Source: a virus (taxonomy: Duplodnaviria; Caudoviricetes). Taken from it: a DNA stretch of 38,520 bases. The DNA lies in the IMG/VR virus record IMGVR_UViG_3300048882_000503, positions 1 through 38,520 of that record; one strand, 5' to 3'. The position numbers and the translations under genes were made by a program. The notes beneath the pieces were generated by a model. The model ran no database searches. It worked only from the letters and a program-made list of their open reading frames with translations, and was not told where the DNA came from. Positions 8,668-17,264 of this stretch are shown here, piece after piece (position 1 is the stretch's first letter; the number at the start of each line of letters is the position of its first letter).

Positions 8668-9257
8668 AAATTTAACCATGCATTATGGCCCCATCCTTCT
8701 TTTTTGTAGAATATTTCCTCTACTATATCAGACCCATTTCTATACAATTCATGTTTGTTCAAATCGTTTTTAATTTTATAGTCATAATGTTTAAGGTAAT
8801 TTCTAGAATCATTATCAAAATTGCAACGATATCTTTCTAGTCGAATCACAAAGAAGTTCTCTTTACCAACAACTTCAATTAATGGGACGATTTCCTCTTC
8901 AAACCCACCATCGGAAAATATATTCAGTGCTCCATCCACCAATTCATTTGCAGCCGCCACACCAAAATATTGATTACCATATGAAGGTTTGATAACTTCT
9001 TCACTAACCTTGATCATTGCTTGTCGGACACTCAACCCATCAAATAACTCTAATGGTGTTTCTTTCATCTTACGACTTTCATATATTTCACTAAACTTCT
9101 TGTCCCCAACGCAGTATATACTTTTCACAAGTTCATACAACTTACTCTTAAATTCGCGTTTGACAACAAAATCATACTTTTCCATCATTTTGTTTGCAAG
9201 GTCATCTTTACCTGAATTTGGTGGACCATTGATAATAAGAACTTTAGTTTTTGGCAT
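8664..9257 (-). CDS. Deoxynucleoside monophosphate kinase
   Basis: NGPPNSGKD P-loop, KETP, SVRQAMIKVSEE.IKP.YG..YFG, FSDGGF.EE, F.NDSRNY. Confidence 0.85.
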   Translation of the reverse strand: MPKTKVLIINGPPNSGKDDLANKMMEKYDFVVKREFKSKLYELVKSIYCVGDKKFSEIYESRKMKETPLELFDGLSVRQAMIKVSEEVIKPSYGNQYFGVAAANELVDGALNIFSDGGFEEEIVPLIEVVGKENFFVIRLERYRCNFDNDSRNYLKHYDYKIKNDLNKHELYRNGSDIVEEIFYKKEGWGHNAWLNL

Positions 9258-9495
9258 TCAGTTTTCCTAATGTTATTGATGATAATTTTTGGTGTGTAAA
9301 CATCCTTCTCCACGTATATCCACGCACCATTGATATTGTAGTGTATATTACAGTGATTTGTATATTATCGGCAAATGATGTGGTGAATCCCCACATTGGT
9401 GCAATGATAAATTCCCAAGTCCCCATAGATATAATAATACCAGAACCAACATTCAGAAATTGCTCAAGAATACTACTTGTCTTTGTTTGTTTCAT
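9244..9495 (-). CDS. Small conserved two-TM phage protein
   Basis: Q.K..S..E...NV..G, T.IS..RGY..RR.F pattern common in phages. Confidence 0.8.
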   Translation of the reverse strand: MKQTKTSSILEQFLNVGSGIIISMGTWEFIIAPMWGFTTSFADNIQITVIYTTISMVRGYTWRRMFTHQKLSSITLGKLNAKN

Positions 9496-9626
9496 ATATC
9501 CTCATTTTCATAATTTTTATAACTTCCCTTTTGTCTTCTCTTATAAACCTTACCACTCCTTTCAACCTTTGGTTTATGAAATTTATTCATAAACTTTGCG
9601 ACAAAATTTCTTTTTGGAATTTTCAT
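9492..9626 (-). CDS. Small basic protein (44 aa; not in the ORF track)
   Basis: MKIPKRNFVAKFMNKFHKPKVERSGKVYKRRQKGSYKNYENEDI*; fills the gap, with ATGA coupling to the next gene. Confidence 0.7.
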   Translation of the reverse strand: MKIPKRNFVAKFMNKFHKPKVERSGKVYKRRQKGSYKNYENEDI

Positions 9627-9630
9627 ACTA

Positions 9631-10935
9631 TTATACTTTAATGTTTTGTAAATCATTTGTGTACAATTCTTTTGCCGATTTGCCTTTCAATTCAGTTATC
9701 ATCTTTTTACTTTCTTTCACCTTACTCAACAAATCAACGATAGAATCCTTTGTTAAACTATATATTTTCATACTCAACAATTTGTCTATGTGTGTAAATC
9801 CTTGATCGGTCAATTTAACAATTAGTGCCACTTTACTTAACTTTGCCAACAAGGTTGAGTTTGAAATGTAAAACTTTATAAATTTGATACGTTCTTCTTG
9901 CCATTTCAATAATGTGTCAAGTTCCTCAAGCCGTAATTGTTTTCGTTCACTATATTTATTTAACCTAAAATCAACGAAGTGTTCAATAATTTCACTTGTT
10001 GAATTAAACACTTTTATATCATCATGTTCATCCCATAATGTTAAATTCTCGGTTACCGTACTCTCAAGTTTAAACGTCTTCTTCAACTTCATGTCATTAA
10101 ACTTTAATGTTTCGCGTGTTGCCCTAATAGTGATATTATATCCATCTTCAGTACTATCATCATCAAAGTCTTTTATCGTTCCACCAATTATCAACTTGTT
10201 TAGATGCGTTAAATACTTTGTTAGATTTGTTCCAATAGGTAACTCCGTGATCTTTAACGTCACACTATCCAACTTCTTGTATTTGCCGGTTATGATGGTA
10301 CTCTTGCCCTCACGTGCAATCGTTCCCTTGAAGTTCTTGTAGGATGGCACGATGTCCTGTACCGGCTTGCCTTCCAACTTATTATTAATTTGTTTGCCAA
10401 TATCATGTATCGAATAGTTTAGTATCTTGGTTGCATATCCAGTACCAATACCAACACTGCCATTTACTAATGACATGGGAATTATAGGGTAGTAGAACTT
10501 TGGCTCAATACTTTCTCCGTCATAATCCTTATACTGTAATAATATATCATCTTCCTTGACAAATATCTCTCTAAAATTATCACTCAACTTCGTGTAAATA
10601 TAACGTGGGCTGGCACTCTCACTTGTAAGGATTGAACCAAATTGTCCTTCAGGTTCTAATAAGTTAACACCGTTTGACCCCGTGTGAGATTGCGCCATTC
10701 CAACGATGGCTGAATATAGACTATCCTCACCATGCTCGTAATGCGTTATTTGAGATACATATGCCCCAAGTTGACTGACACGAGTTGAATCTTTGCTTTC
10801 CCCTCTTGTAATCAATCCGTGAATAATCTTTCGTTGACTGAGTTTCAGTCCGTCTACAATGTTTGGGAGTGACCGCTCGGTATCGTACCGAGAGAAACTT
10901 TTCAGGTCGGTGTGAATAAAATCAGATACTTTCAT
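9631..10935 (-). CDS. gp52: Type II topoisomerase medium subunit gp52
   Basis: RSLPNIVDGLK.SQRK, HYEHGE.SL, GQFGS, SASPRY (catalytic Tyr), EP.FY.PIIP..LVNG..GIGTG. Confidence 0.96.
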   Translation of the reverse strand: MKVSDFIHTDLKSFSRYDTERSLPNIVDGLKLSQRKIIHGLITRGESKDSTRVSQLGAYVSQITHYEHGEDSLYSAIVGMAQSHTGSNGVNLLEPEGQFGSILTSESASPRYIYTKLSDNFREIFVKEDDILLQYKDYDGESIEPKFYYPIIPMSLVNGSVGIGTGYATKILNYSIHDIGKQINNKLEGKPVQDIVPSYKNFKGTIAREGKSTIITGKYKKLDSVTLKITELPIGTNLTKYLTHLNKLIIGGTIKDFDDDSTEDGYNITIRATRETLKFNDMKLKKTFKLESTVTENLTLWDEHDDIKVFNSTSEIIEHFVDFRLNKYSERKQLRLEELDTLLKWQEERIKFIKFYISNSTLLAKLSKVALIVKLTDQGFTHIDKLLSMKIYSLTKDSIVDLLSKVKESKKMITELKGKSAKELYTNDLQNIKV

Positions 10936-10965
10936 TACGGCATAGCCTCATTAATTATTATACCT

Positions 10966-10994
10966 ATTATAACATACCATCCCATCATACACAA
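10966..10994 (-). promoter_or_regulatory. Sigma70-type promoter for gp52
   Basis: TTGTGT-N17-TATAAT with TG extension. Confidence 0.6.
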
Positions 10995-11005
10995 CACAAT
11001 TCTTA

Positions 11006-12871
11006 TCATATATTCAACCAATCCTTTCTATCGTTGGCTCGTTTACTGTTGAACGCCAAGTCGATTGCATCAACATCTTTATCATCTTCTATCGTCAATG
11101 GAACCAAGTGCTTGTCGAGGTTTGACATGTATTCCTTAAAGTCGGACGAAGTACTTGTGCCCAACCCCTTATAGAATTTTGACGTATATTTCTTGGCGCC
11201 ATTATTATCTTTCCACTCCTCAAATTCGGGAGATGAATAGAATGAAGTTACTTTCTTATTTTGAGTAACCTTAACGATAGGAGTGATGAACCTGTACACC
11301 ATCCCAAGTTCAAACAGTTCTAACCAGAAGTGATGTAACATGTTTATCAATAACCCAATGATATGATTTCCATCTAAATCCGCGTCGGTTGCAATAACAA
11401 TCTTTCCAAACCTCAAGTCTGATGGAGACTTTACTTTAACACCAATCTGTAAGCCTGTAATTGCCATCAACTCCTTAAATTCCTTATTCTCAATCAATTT
11501 CTTCAAGTCCATTCCACGAACATTTACCGGCTTACCCTTTAATGGATATGACCCCATAATTGAACTGTCTCGAGCACTCTTAATCGCCGCGGCGGCACTA
11601 TCTCCTTCCGCGAGGAACAACATACACTTATCTCGTTTCGTCTTGGATGTGGCGTCCGAGAACTTAACAATAGACTTAGTACTCTTGCCGTTACTCTTGT
11701 TCAATTTTCGTAACTTTGCCATGTTAGCCATTTGTTCTTTGGCTGTTACCCAATCCAAGACATCTTGAATGATGTCAGACTTTAGTATTTTGTTAATAAC
11801 CTTTTGAGGAACAACCCACTTTGAACTAAAGTTTGATTGCTCGGTAATCAATTTTGATTTTGTTTGTGAGTCAAATTGTGGTCGGTTCAAGTCACACGAA
11901 ATGAACACCATCAAATGATTTCTAATATCGGCAGGTTTCACATCAATTTTATGTTTCTTCTTGAAGTGACTTTTCAATTCTAATATGAGTTGTTCTGTAA
12001 CTAACGTGACATGATTTCCGCCATCATAGGTTTCAACTGAGTTCACGAAGGACATTTGCTTGAATCCATTTGTTCCTGCCGCGATACCGACTGTCCAATT
12101 ATCTTGTCTGTCAAGTATCACATCGGCGGCAAACAACTTACAATAATCATCAAAGGATTTAATATTCAGTTTCTTGCCATTGATATAAAAATTGATTCTT
12201 GGATTACAACCCGCGCAATCCACGATGCGTTTAATGATTTTCTTATAGCAACCATCAGTTATAGTTTCCATACCAAAGAAATCCATATCAGGTTCGTATG
12301 TGATTTTCGTGTAATGCAAACCAACATTAGTTATTGACGGTTCTTCAACCTTACGCATATTGTTCTTCCAAACTTGAAGAAACTTTTTCTTGGAATCACA
12401 CGTCTCGACTTTAAAGGTTTTTGATAGGATATTACATAAGGCTGAACCAACGCCATTTGTTCCTATAAGAGATTGGTCTTCATCATCATTGAAGTTTGAC
12501 CCTGCCCTTAATTTAGAAAATATCATGCTTGGGACATATTCATTTTCGTCCTTGTGAATGACTACAGGAATTCCACCATTGTCCCAAACAGATATCTTGT
12601 TTGTATCGCGGTCAATAACCACCTTGATTGTATCTACGGTGGCATGTTCGCGTTTACTTTCATCGATTGAATTGTCGAGTATTTCAGAAAAGACTTTACA
12701 GAATCCTGGTTTGTAAGTAATTTTCTCTTGAACCATACGATTGTCTTCAATATCATAGACCCACTCTTTTGCTGTGTGGTCTGTGATAGAACCAATGTAC
12801 ATACCACTCCGTCTCAGGACATGGTCTATTTCATCAAGAACTTTATACTTTTCTTCAATCGATTTGCTCAT
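11006..12871 (-). CDS. gp39: Type II topoisomerase large subunit (gp39+gp60 unsplit)
   Basis: HVLRRSGMYIGS, EILDNSIDE, GTNGVGS GHKL ATPase; EGDSA, PLKGK, TDADLDG TOPRIM; KGLGTS in the same ORF. Confidence 0.96.
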   Translation of the reverse strand: MSKSIEEKYKVLDEIDHVLRRSGMYIGSITDHTAKEWVYDIEDNRMVQEKITYKPGFCKVFSEILDNSIDESKREHATVDTIKVVIDRDTNKISVWDNGGIPVVIHKDENEYVPSMIFSKLRAGSNFNDDEDQSLIGTNGVGSALCNILSKTFKVETCDSKKKFLQVWKNNMRKVEEPSITNVGLHYTKITYEPDMDFFGMETITDGCYKKIIKRIVDCAGCNPRINFYINGKKLNIKSFDDYCKLFAADVILDRQDNWTVGIAAGTNGFKQMSFVNSVETYDGGNHVTLVTEQLILELKSHFKKKHKIDVKPADIRNHLMVFISCDLNRPQFDSQTKSKLITEQSNFSSKWVVPQKVINKILKSDIIQDVLDWVTAKEQMANMAKLRKLNKSNGKSTKSIVKFSDATSKTKRDKCMLFLAEGDSAAAAIKSARDSSIMGSYPLKGKPVNVRGMDLKKLIENKEFKELMAITGLQIGVKVKSPSDLRFGKIVIATDADLDGNHIIGLLINMLHHFWLELFELGMVYRFITPIVKVTQNKKVTSFYSSPEFEEWKDNNGAKKYTSKFYKGLGTSTSSDFKEYMSNLDKHLVPLTIEDDKDVDAIDLAFNSKRANDRKDWLNI

Positions 12872-12909
12872 TTATCACCATTAATTATAATATTGTATCA
12901 GTTTTCAAA

Positions 12910-13164
12910 TTAATATTCAGAACCAAACATCTCGGAGAAAATACGCGAGGCGTGGCATTGTTCGCCAAAGTATTCAAGTGCCTCTGTCTCTTTCTGAGAA
13001 AGTTGAAGGATAAACTCTTCAACTTGATGATGCTCTCGAGGGTCAATTTGGTCATAACGATATGATACATCTTGACCAAGGGAGTATTTTAACTGATTGT
13101 TAAACTCAGTCATTGCATCATCTTCCCATTCGAAAGTATTATCTTCTAATGATTTAATGTCCAT
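12910..13164 (-). CDS. Hypothetical acidic protein
   Basis: Start at MDIKSLED, preceded by the same GAGAGAGAATATATT leader as the two upstream early genes. Confidence 0.75.
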   Translation of the reverse strand: MDIKSLEDNTFEWEDDAMTEFNNQLKYSLGQDVSYRYDQIDPREHHQVEEFILQLSQKETEALEYFGEQCHASRIFSEMFGSEY

Positions 13165-13236
13165 AATATATTCTCTCTCAATTAACTTAAATTCCAAGGT
13201 TTATTTTAATAGTGATATTTAGAGGTGTCGTTCTGG

Positions 13237-13506
13237 TTACTCATTTTTACCGAATACACTATCATACAATATTTCAAAGTCTTCGGCATCGGCAAGAATC
13301 TCACTGATAGACTGCTTATGATATGCAGTTGCCAATTTATTTATGTATTTCTTCGGTACTTCGCAATCTTCTGATAATGTTTCTACAATATCTTTGGTTA
13401 ATGCCTTCTCGGCTTCAACTCTAATCTTCGAATCAGATAATTCTTTGATTCCATTTTCAAGTTTCTTTAAGACCTTTGGGTCTGTTGGTTGTATAATATT
13501 TGACAT
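13237..13506 (-). CDS. dsbA: DsbA-like double-stranded DNA-binding protein
   Basis: IKE.SDS..R.EAEK...KDI, PKK.INKLA..YHKQ, FE.LY pattern of the T4 DsbA family. Confidence 0.8.
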   Translation of the reverse strand: MSNIIQPTDPKVLKKLENGIKELSDSKIRVEAEKALTKDIVETLSEDCEVPKKYINKLATAYHKQSISEILADAEDFEILYDSVFGKNE

Positions 13507-13533
13507 AGTTTTCCTATCTGTTGTTGTAAATTA

Positions 13534-13884
13534 TTAAATTCCTGTCCAGTCTACTCTATTAGGAACGTTATTGAACACGTTTCCTCGTGAGAAGTTTCGA
13601 GCGGGAGTTGCCCAGCCCGAGGGCTTCAACATATCTCCATATTGAAACTTCTCGTCGTTGTAAACGTTGACAATGAAACCGCACACATGACGTGGTTCGC
13701 CATTGGCGAGAGTTTTGATTAATTTGATATATTTCTTGCCGACGTTGATTACAGTGGTTCTAATGAACTCCTCTTTCATTTCGTCTTTAGTGAATTGTTG
13801 AGGTCTTAAATGACACCATTCGGCATAATCATTCGCCATCAATTCAACAATGGCATCAACTTTCAATTTCATTTCATTATTCAT
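13534..13884 (-). CDS. Conserved early phage hypothetical protein
   Basis: GKKYIK, V.GFI, GD.LKP.GW.TPARN.SRGNVF motif; has its own promoter cassette. Confidence 0.8.
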   Translation of the reverse strand: MNNEMKLKVDAIVELMANDYAEWCHLRPQQFTKDEMKEEFIRTTVINVGKKYIKLIKTLANGEPRHVCGFIVNVYNDEKFQYGDMLKPSGWATPARNFSRGNVFNNVPNRVDWTGI

Positions 13885-13950
13885 AATATATTCTCTCTCA
13901 ATTAACTTACAACTTATTATAACACAATTAGTTTAAATGTCAAGGTTTAT
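13885..13950 (-). promoter_or_regulatory. Early promoter-RBS cassette (copy B)
   Basis: ATAAACC-TTGACA-N16-TATAAT-AAGTTGTAAGTTAATTGAGAGAGAATATATT-ATG. Confidence 0.85.
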
Positions 13951-14312
13951 TTTACTTGAATGTAATCTTTATTCCATTTTCCGACTCTCAAATCAAAGTA
14001 GTAAGCGGTATTGAAATAATCGGTCTGAGAATCACTATCATCGAACCAAACATCTCCAGTCACCAATGCCGGTGCTGTTTTGATGATATTGATAATTGCA
14101 GTGAATAATGCGATTAATACAGGTTGGTCTTCGTAGTGGTCTTTAAACCAGTAAGTGTTTATCGGTTTGCTTTCTAACTCAATTGGTCCTTTTAAGATAG
14201 AAACATTGACTTTGCTGTAATGTTGCTTTGTCACGCTGAACTTGTATTCAGGTAACTGTTTCTTCAGTTGGTTACGAATCGCGCGAACTTCTTCAGTAGT
14301 AATAAACGCCAT
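13947..14312 (-). CDS. Early protein with LPD29-like domain
   Basis: IR..LK...P..KFSV and DDSDSQTDYFNTAYY motifs. Confidence 0.75.
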   Translation of the reverse strand: MAFITTEEVRAIRNQLKKQLPEYKFSVTKQHYSKVNVSILKGPIELESKPINTYWFKDHYEDQPVLIALFTAIINIIKTAPALVTGDVWFDDSDSQTDYFNTAYYFDLRVGKWNKDYIQVK

Positions 14313-14384
14313 AATATATTCTCTCTCAATTAATTAACTTACAACTTATTATAACACACTTTGTCCATAAGTAAAGGTTTATTT
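14313..14384 (-). promoter_or_regulatory. Early promoter-RBS cassette (copy C)
   Basis: AAATAAACC-TTTACT-N16-TATAAT-AAGTTGTAAGTTAATTAATTGAGAGAGAATATATT-ATG; near-identical to copy B. Confidence 0.85.
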
Positions 14385-14387
14385 TAC

Positions 14388-15107
14388 TTATTTTGTAATT
14401 AATTTATATTCCTGAGTTAGCAACCGCTCAATTTCTTCTGAATCCGAAGTCTCCATCATGATGCCATACAACACTTCATTGTCTTCCAATCCATTCCAAA
14501 TTTTTGTATATGAACCATCAGTATAACCATTCTTTTGACGAAATACATTTAATATCAACTTACCCATATAAATGTCATACAATTCATCGAATGTCATATT
14601 CATGGTATGAGTTAACCGCATCAATTGAAATAGAATATGTACACGACGCAGTTTTTTTTCTGTATAACTCAATTGATGGAAGTACACAATATTGGTTTCA
14701 TCCTCCATGTATCTCATCAACAAAGTGATACAAGCAAACACATCATCAACTTTAATTTCATCTGCAATTTTTATTGATGAATCTATTCTATTTGATAATT
14801 TACCCACCATATCAAGTAAAGCATCTTTATACTGTTCACTGTCATCATGTTGTTCAAACGCCAATATTATGTGGCTTAGTACGAAGAACCAAATGTCGGA
14901 TACTTCAACCTTCGCTTGAGTAATATCCATTTCACCTTGCTTCCACCACTTGTAATCCAAATGGTCAAGTAATTCTCCACTCTCGACAAATGCCGCCATA
15001 CGAAAATCGTCTAACGTTCTATCAGTTTCCCACTCTGGGTTTATGATATGGTTTAATTCTTTTTGACGAAAGAATAGAGCCGTTAGTTTTTCTTCATTTA
15101 AAATCAT
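14388..15107 (-). CDS. Dimeric all-alpha dUTPase
   Basis: Q..LN, E.GEL.DH..YKWWK, VEVSDIWFF, Y.GK..LN.FRQ.NGY..GSY.KIW.G.EDNE. Confidence 0.92.
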   Translation of the reverse strand: MILNEEKLTALFFRQKELNHIINPEWETDRTLDDFRMAAFVESGELLDHLDYKWWKQGEMDITQAKVEVSDIWFFVLSHIILAFEQHDDSEQYKDALLDMVGKLSNRIDSSIKIADEIKVDDVFACITLLMRYMEDETNIVYFHQLSYTEKKLRRVHILFQLMRLTHTMNMTFDELYDIYMGKLILNVFRQKNGYTDGSYTKIWNGLEDNEVLYGIMMETSDSEEIERLLTQEYKLITK

Positions 15108-15121
15108 ATATATTCCACAAT

Positions 15122-15155
15122 AAAAAATGTGACCCCTAAAATATAAGGGTCACAT
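15122..15155 (-). terminator. Rho-independent terminator
   Basis: ATGTGACCC / GGGTCACAT 9-bp stem followed by a T-tract on the minus strand. Confidence 0.8.
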
Positions 15156-15173
15156 ATAACACCGACTATTATA

Positions 15174-15263
15174 CTAAGATAATTGTGCAGCCAAAACCAA
15201 TAGAGTAACTGAAACGATAATAGTTACCAAACCAACCAGTAACTCAATCCAATTACTACCCAT
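15174..15263 (-). CDS. Single-TM micropeptide (29 aa; not in the ORF track)
   Basis: MGSNWIELLVGLVTIIVSVTLLVLAAQLS*; overlaps the hsp20 stop and ends before the terminator. Confidence 0.55.
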   Translation of the reverse strand: MGSNWIELLVGLVTIIVSVTLLVLAAQLS

Positions 15264-15693
15264 CGTTGTTTTCTACTTCGTCTTTCTCTATAGCCTTTTC
15301 CTGCCCTTTCCATGAAAAGTCAATCTTCTGTTCTGCTTTCTTGCTTAACACTAGTTTAAAGATTCCATCTTCATATGTACAGTCAGCCCCTTTCACTTCA
15401 CCTAATACATACATAGGGAATGATAGAGAAAAATCGCGTTGGGTTAATGAACGAACAAGGTAAGAATTACCTTGTTCCGCTTTATCACTCTTGCCAACCA
15501 ATTTTAAGAAACCGTCTTTGATAGACGCAGATAGATTGTTTTCTTTAAAACCTGCACAAGCAACTTCAATAGTTACCGTGTTACCATCTTCAGATACATC
15601 GTATCGTGGAAATGTAGGTTTTTGAACTGATTTTAAAACAGACATGTTTTTTTCAATTAAGGACTGAAGGTCCGTAGCATTACTGAATAACAT
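15256..15693 (-). CDS. Small heat-shock protein (Hsp20/IbpA-like)
   Basis: FPRYDV, IEVACAGF, YLVRSL..RDF...F, A...DG.. alpha-crystallin motifs; AGGAG RBS gives a start at 15693. Confidence 0.9.
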   Translation of the reverse strand: MLFSNATDLQSLIEKNMSVLKSVQKPTFPRYDVSEDGNTVTIEVACAGFKENNLSASIKDGFLKLVGKSDKAEQGNSYLVRSLTQRDFSLSFPMYVLGEVKGADCTYEDGIFKLVLSKKAEQKIDFSWKGQEKAIEKDEVENNDG

Positions 15694-15712
15694 AGTTATT
15701 CTCCTTTTTTGC

Positions 15713-15805
15713 GGTCTCGCTTCGCGACGACCATATTTCACCCAACTTATGTTGGCGTGAGCATCCTTTCGGATGTTTGGTGAGTGGGGGATTTACTCCC
15801 CACTC
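15713..15805 (-). ncRNA. Candidate structured RNA leader of hsp20 (four tandem hairpins)
   Basis: GC-rich hairpins at 15782-15805, 15762-15775 (GAAA loop on the minus strand), 15738-15760 and 15713-15732. Confidence 0.55.
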
Positions 15806-15821
15806 GAAATTATAACTTTAT

Positions 15822-16085
15822 TTATAACACAACTAAAACTTCCACAAATTCAAGTACGATATAATCAATACCATCTTCATCTTTAAATGGAACACCGGCA
15901 AATCGAGGATATAATATATCTTCGGAGGCAACTAAGTTTTTTACATCACTACCAACAGAAATAACGGAACCTCTTCGCGGACTTTTATCTTCCCCTAATT
16001 TCTTTAAGATGATACCACCTTTACTTTTTTCTTCTTTTGGTTCTAGATGCTTTACAACAACAACCTTTGTTCCTAAAGCTCTCAT
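15822..16085 (-). CDS. GroES-like co-chaperonin
   Basis: ALG.KVVV, EEKSKGGIIL mobile loop, G.VISVG, Y..FAG, EVL.VL. Confidence 0.9.
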   Translation of the reverse strand: MRALGTKVVVVKHLEPKEEKSKGGIILKKLGEDKSPRRGSVISVGSDVKNLVASEDILYPRFAGVPFKDEDGIDYIVLEFVEVLVVL

Positions 16086-16219
16086 TTGGCGCGTTCCTCT
16101 TCAAATGCTTTAATTTCTTCTGTAGTGTAAATTTTAACTACTCCGCCCTCATAATCACTATTACCTTTGATTGATGGGCTGCTCATTCCTTCATCACTAT
16201 AATCCATATGCTCGCTCAT
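16082..16219 (-). CDS. Small acidic protein (45 aa; not in the ORF track)
   Basis: AGGAG RBS; MSEHMDYSDEGMSSPSIKGNSDYEGGVVKIYTTEEIKAFEEERAK*; ATGA overlap with groES. Confidence 0.65.
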   Translation of the reverse strand: MSEHMDYSDEGMSSPSIKGNSDYEGGVVKIYTTEEIKAFEEERAK

Positions 16220-16314
16220 TTCAAACTCCTAATATTAAATTAACTATTTGTTCCATATCCACACCACTTAACATGAACACCATCACCATACCAACTGTTT
16301 TCATGTTCTTGGTA

Positions 16315-16527
16315 TTAATTTATATAAGTTACAAATTCTTCATCGACACCTAATTGAACACAAGCAGTCAACACATCATCTGGGTTTGGGTATTGATCTG
16401 GGTCTCGACCTATGTTTAAATATTCTAGGTTTTCACAGACAAAGGCATTTGCCTTATAATCTAATTTAAACTCATACACATCAATGTTAACCATGCTGAT
16501 ACGAGTTTTTACGGGTTTAAATACCAT
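16315..16527 (-). CDS. Hypothetical early protein
   Basis: AAGGAG RBS and promoter cassette directly upstream. Confidence 0.7.
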   Translation of the reverse strand: MVFKPVKTRISMVNIDVYEFKLDYKANAFVCENLEYLNIGRDPDQYPNPDDVLTACVQLGVDEEFVTYIN

Positions 16528-16555
16528 TATACTCCTTCTTAATTAACTTATACTA

Positions 16556-16676
16556 TATTATAACAAATTATACAATGAAAGTAAAGGTTTATTTCATGTT
16601 TTTCTTACTATCAAAGATAACTCCAACTTAATTACCTTACAACTTATTATAACAAATTATACACTGAAAGTAAAGG
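16556..16676 (-). repeat. Tandem duplicated early promoter cassettes (copies D and E)
   Basis: 16556-16587 and 16645-16676 match at 31/32 nt; each reads TTTACT-N17-TATAAT on the minus strand. Confidence 0.88.
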
Positions 16677-16677
16677 G

Positions 16678-16974
16678 TTATATATAATCTTTTGGTGCTG
16701 GTTGAATAGAAATAAATTCTATATCATCGTCAATATAACTGCCGTCACTTTCAATTGCGACAGTGTTATACGCATGATTTAGTATTGGGTGCATATATCT
16801 GTCTCGTAATTCACGTGATATCTCAAACAATACTTCTTCTCCCTCTCTGTGTAATACTGTTCCCACATGATACTCTTTCTCGCCAAGCCTATCCTCTTCA
16901 TCATCATCATCATTCGGCTTTAGCCAAATTTCCCAATGTTCCTTGTCCTTTATATCATAGACAAGAACTTTCAC
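16678..16974 (-). CDS. Hypothetical acidic protein
   Basis: 98-aa ORF with GTG start overlapping the upstream stop. Confidence 0.7.
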   Translation of the reverse strand: MKVLVYDIKDKEHWEIWLKPNDDDDEEDRLGEKEYHVGTVLHREGEEVLFEISRELRDRYMHPILNHAYNTVAIESDGSYIDDDIEFISIQPAPKDYI

Positions 16975-17264
16975 TATCCTGTAATGATTTGAGTTGGAGG
17001 TTGGATGATAGCGCCCGGATTAAATTGGGCGTTGTATGCTTCAACTAATTGGGTTAGTGGTTCATTGGCAAACATAATCAACTCAGTTGGAATATCATAC
17101 TCAACTGTTTTACTAGTTGCAATCCAAGGAGAAAATGACATACTATCACCTTGTTGAACTAATACGACGGGATACTTAATCATAACAAAATCATCGTTGG
17201 ATTCTACAACTTCCGCCATAAATTCTTCGCCTGATCTCAATTTAAATGTTAACACATCACTCAT
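16974..17264 (-). CDS. Conserved T4-like Sm-fold small protein
   Basis: KL.SGEE, I..P, F.PW, Y...F C-terminal pattern. Confidence 0.7.
   Translation of the reverse strand: MSDVLTFKLRSGEEFMAEVVESNDDFVMIKYPVVLVQQGDSMSFSPWIATSKTVEYDIPTELIMFANEPLTQLVEAYNAQFNPGAIIQPPTQIITG

Noticed and set aside
10933-10950. ATG-CCG-TAA minigene overlapping the gp52 start
   Set aside because: The GAGG is only 2 nt from that ATG but 10 nt from the gp52 ATG; probably coincidental.
11006-12871. Possible gene 60-type ribosomal bypass or split gp39/gp60
   Set aside because: The ORF is continuous through the TOPRIM and KGLGTS region; no gap or insertion.
15713-15805. tRNA gene in the hairpin cluster (also considered for 5925-6000)
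   Set aside because: No enclosing acceptor stem, TTCRA loop or cloverleaf geometry.
13162-16680. Repeats as a CRISPR array
   Set aside because: Irregular gene-sized spacing, and the repeats contain -35/-10/RBS elements; they are promoter cassettes.
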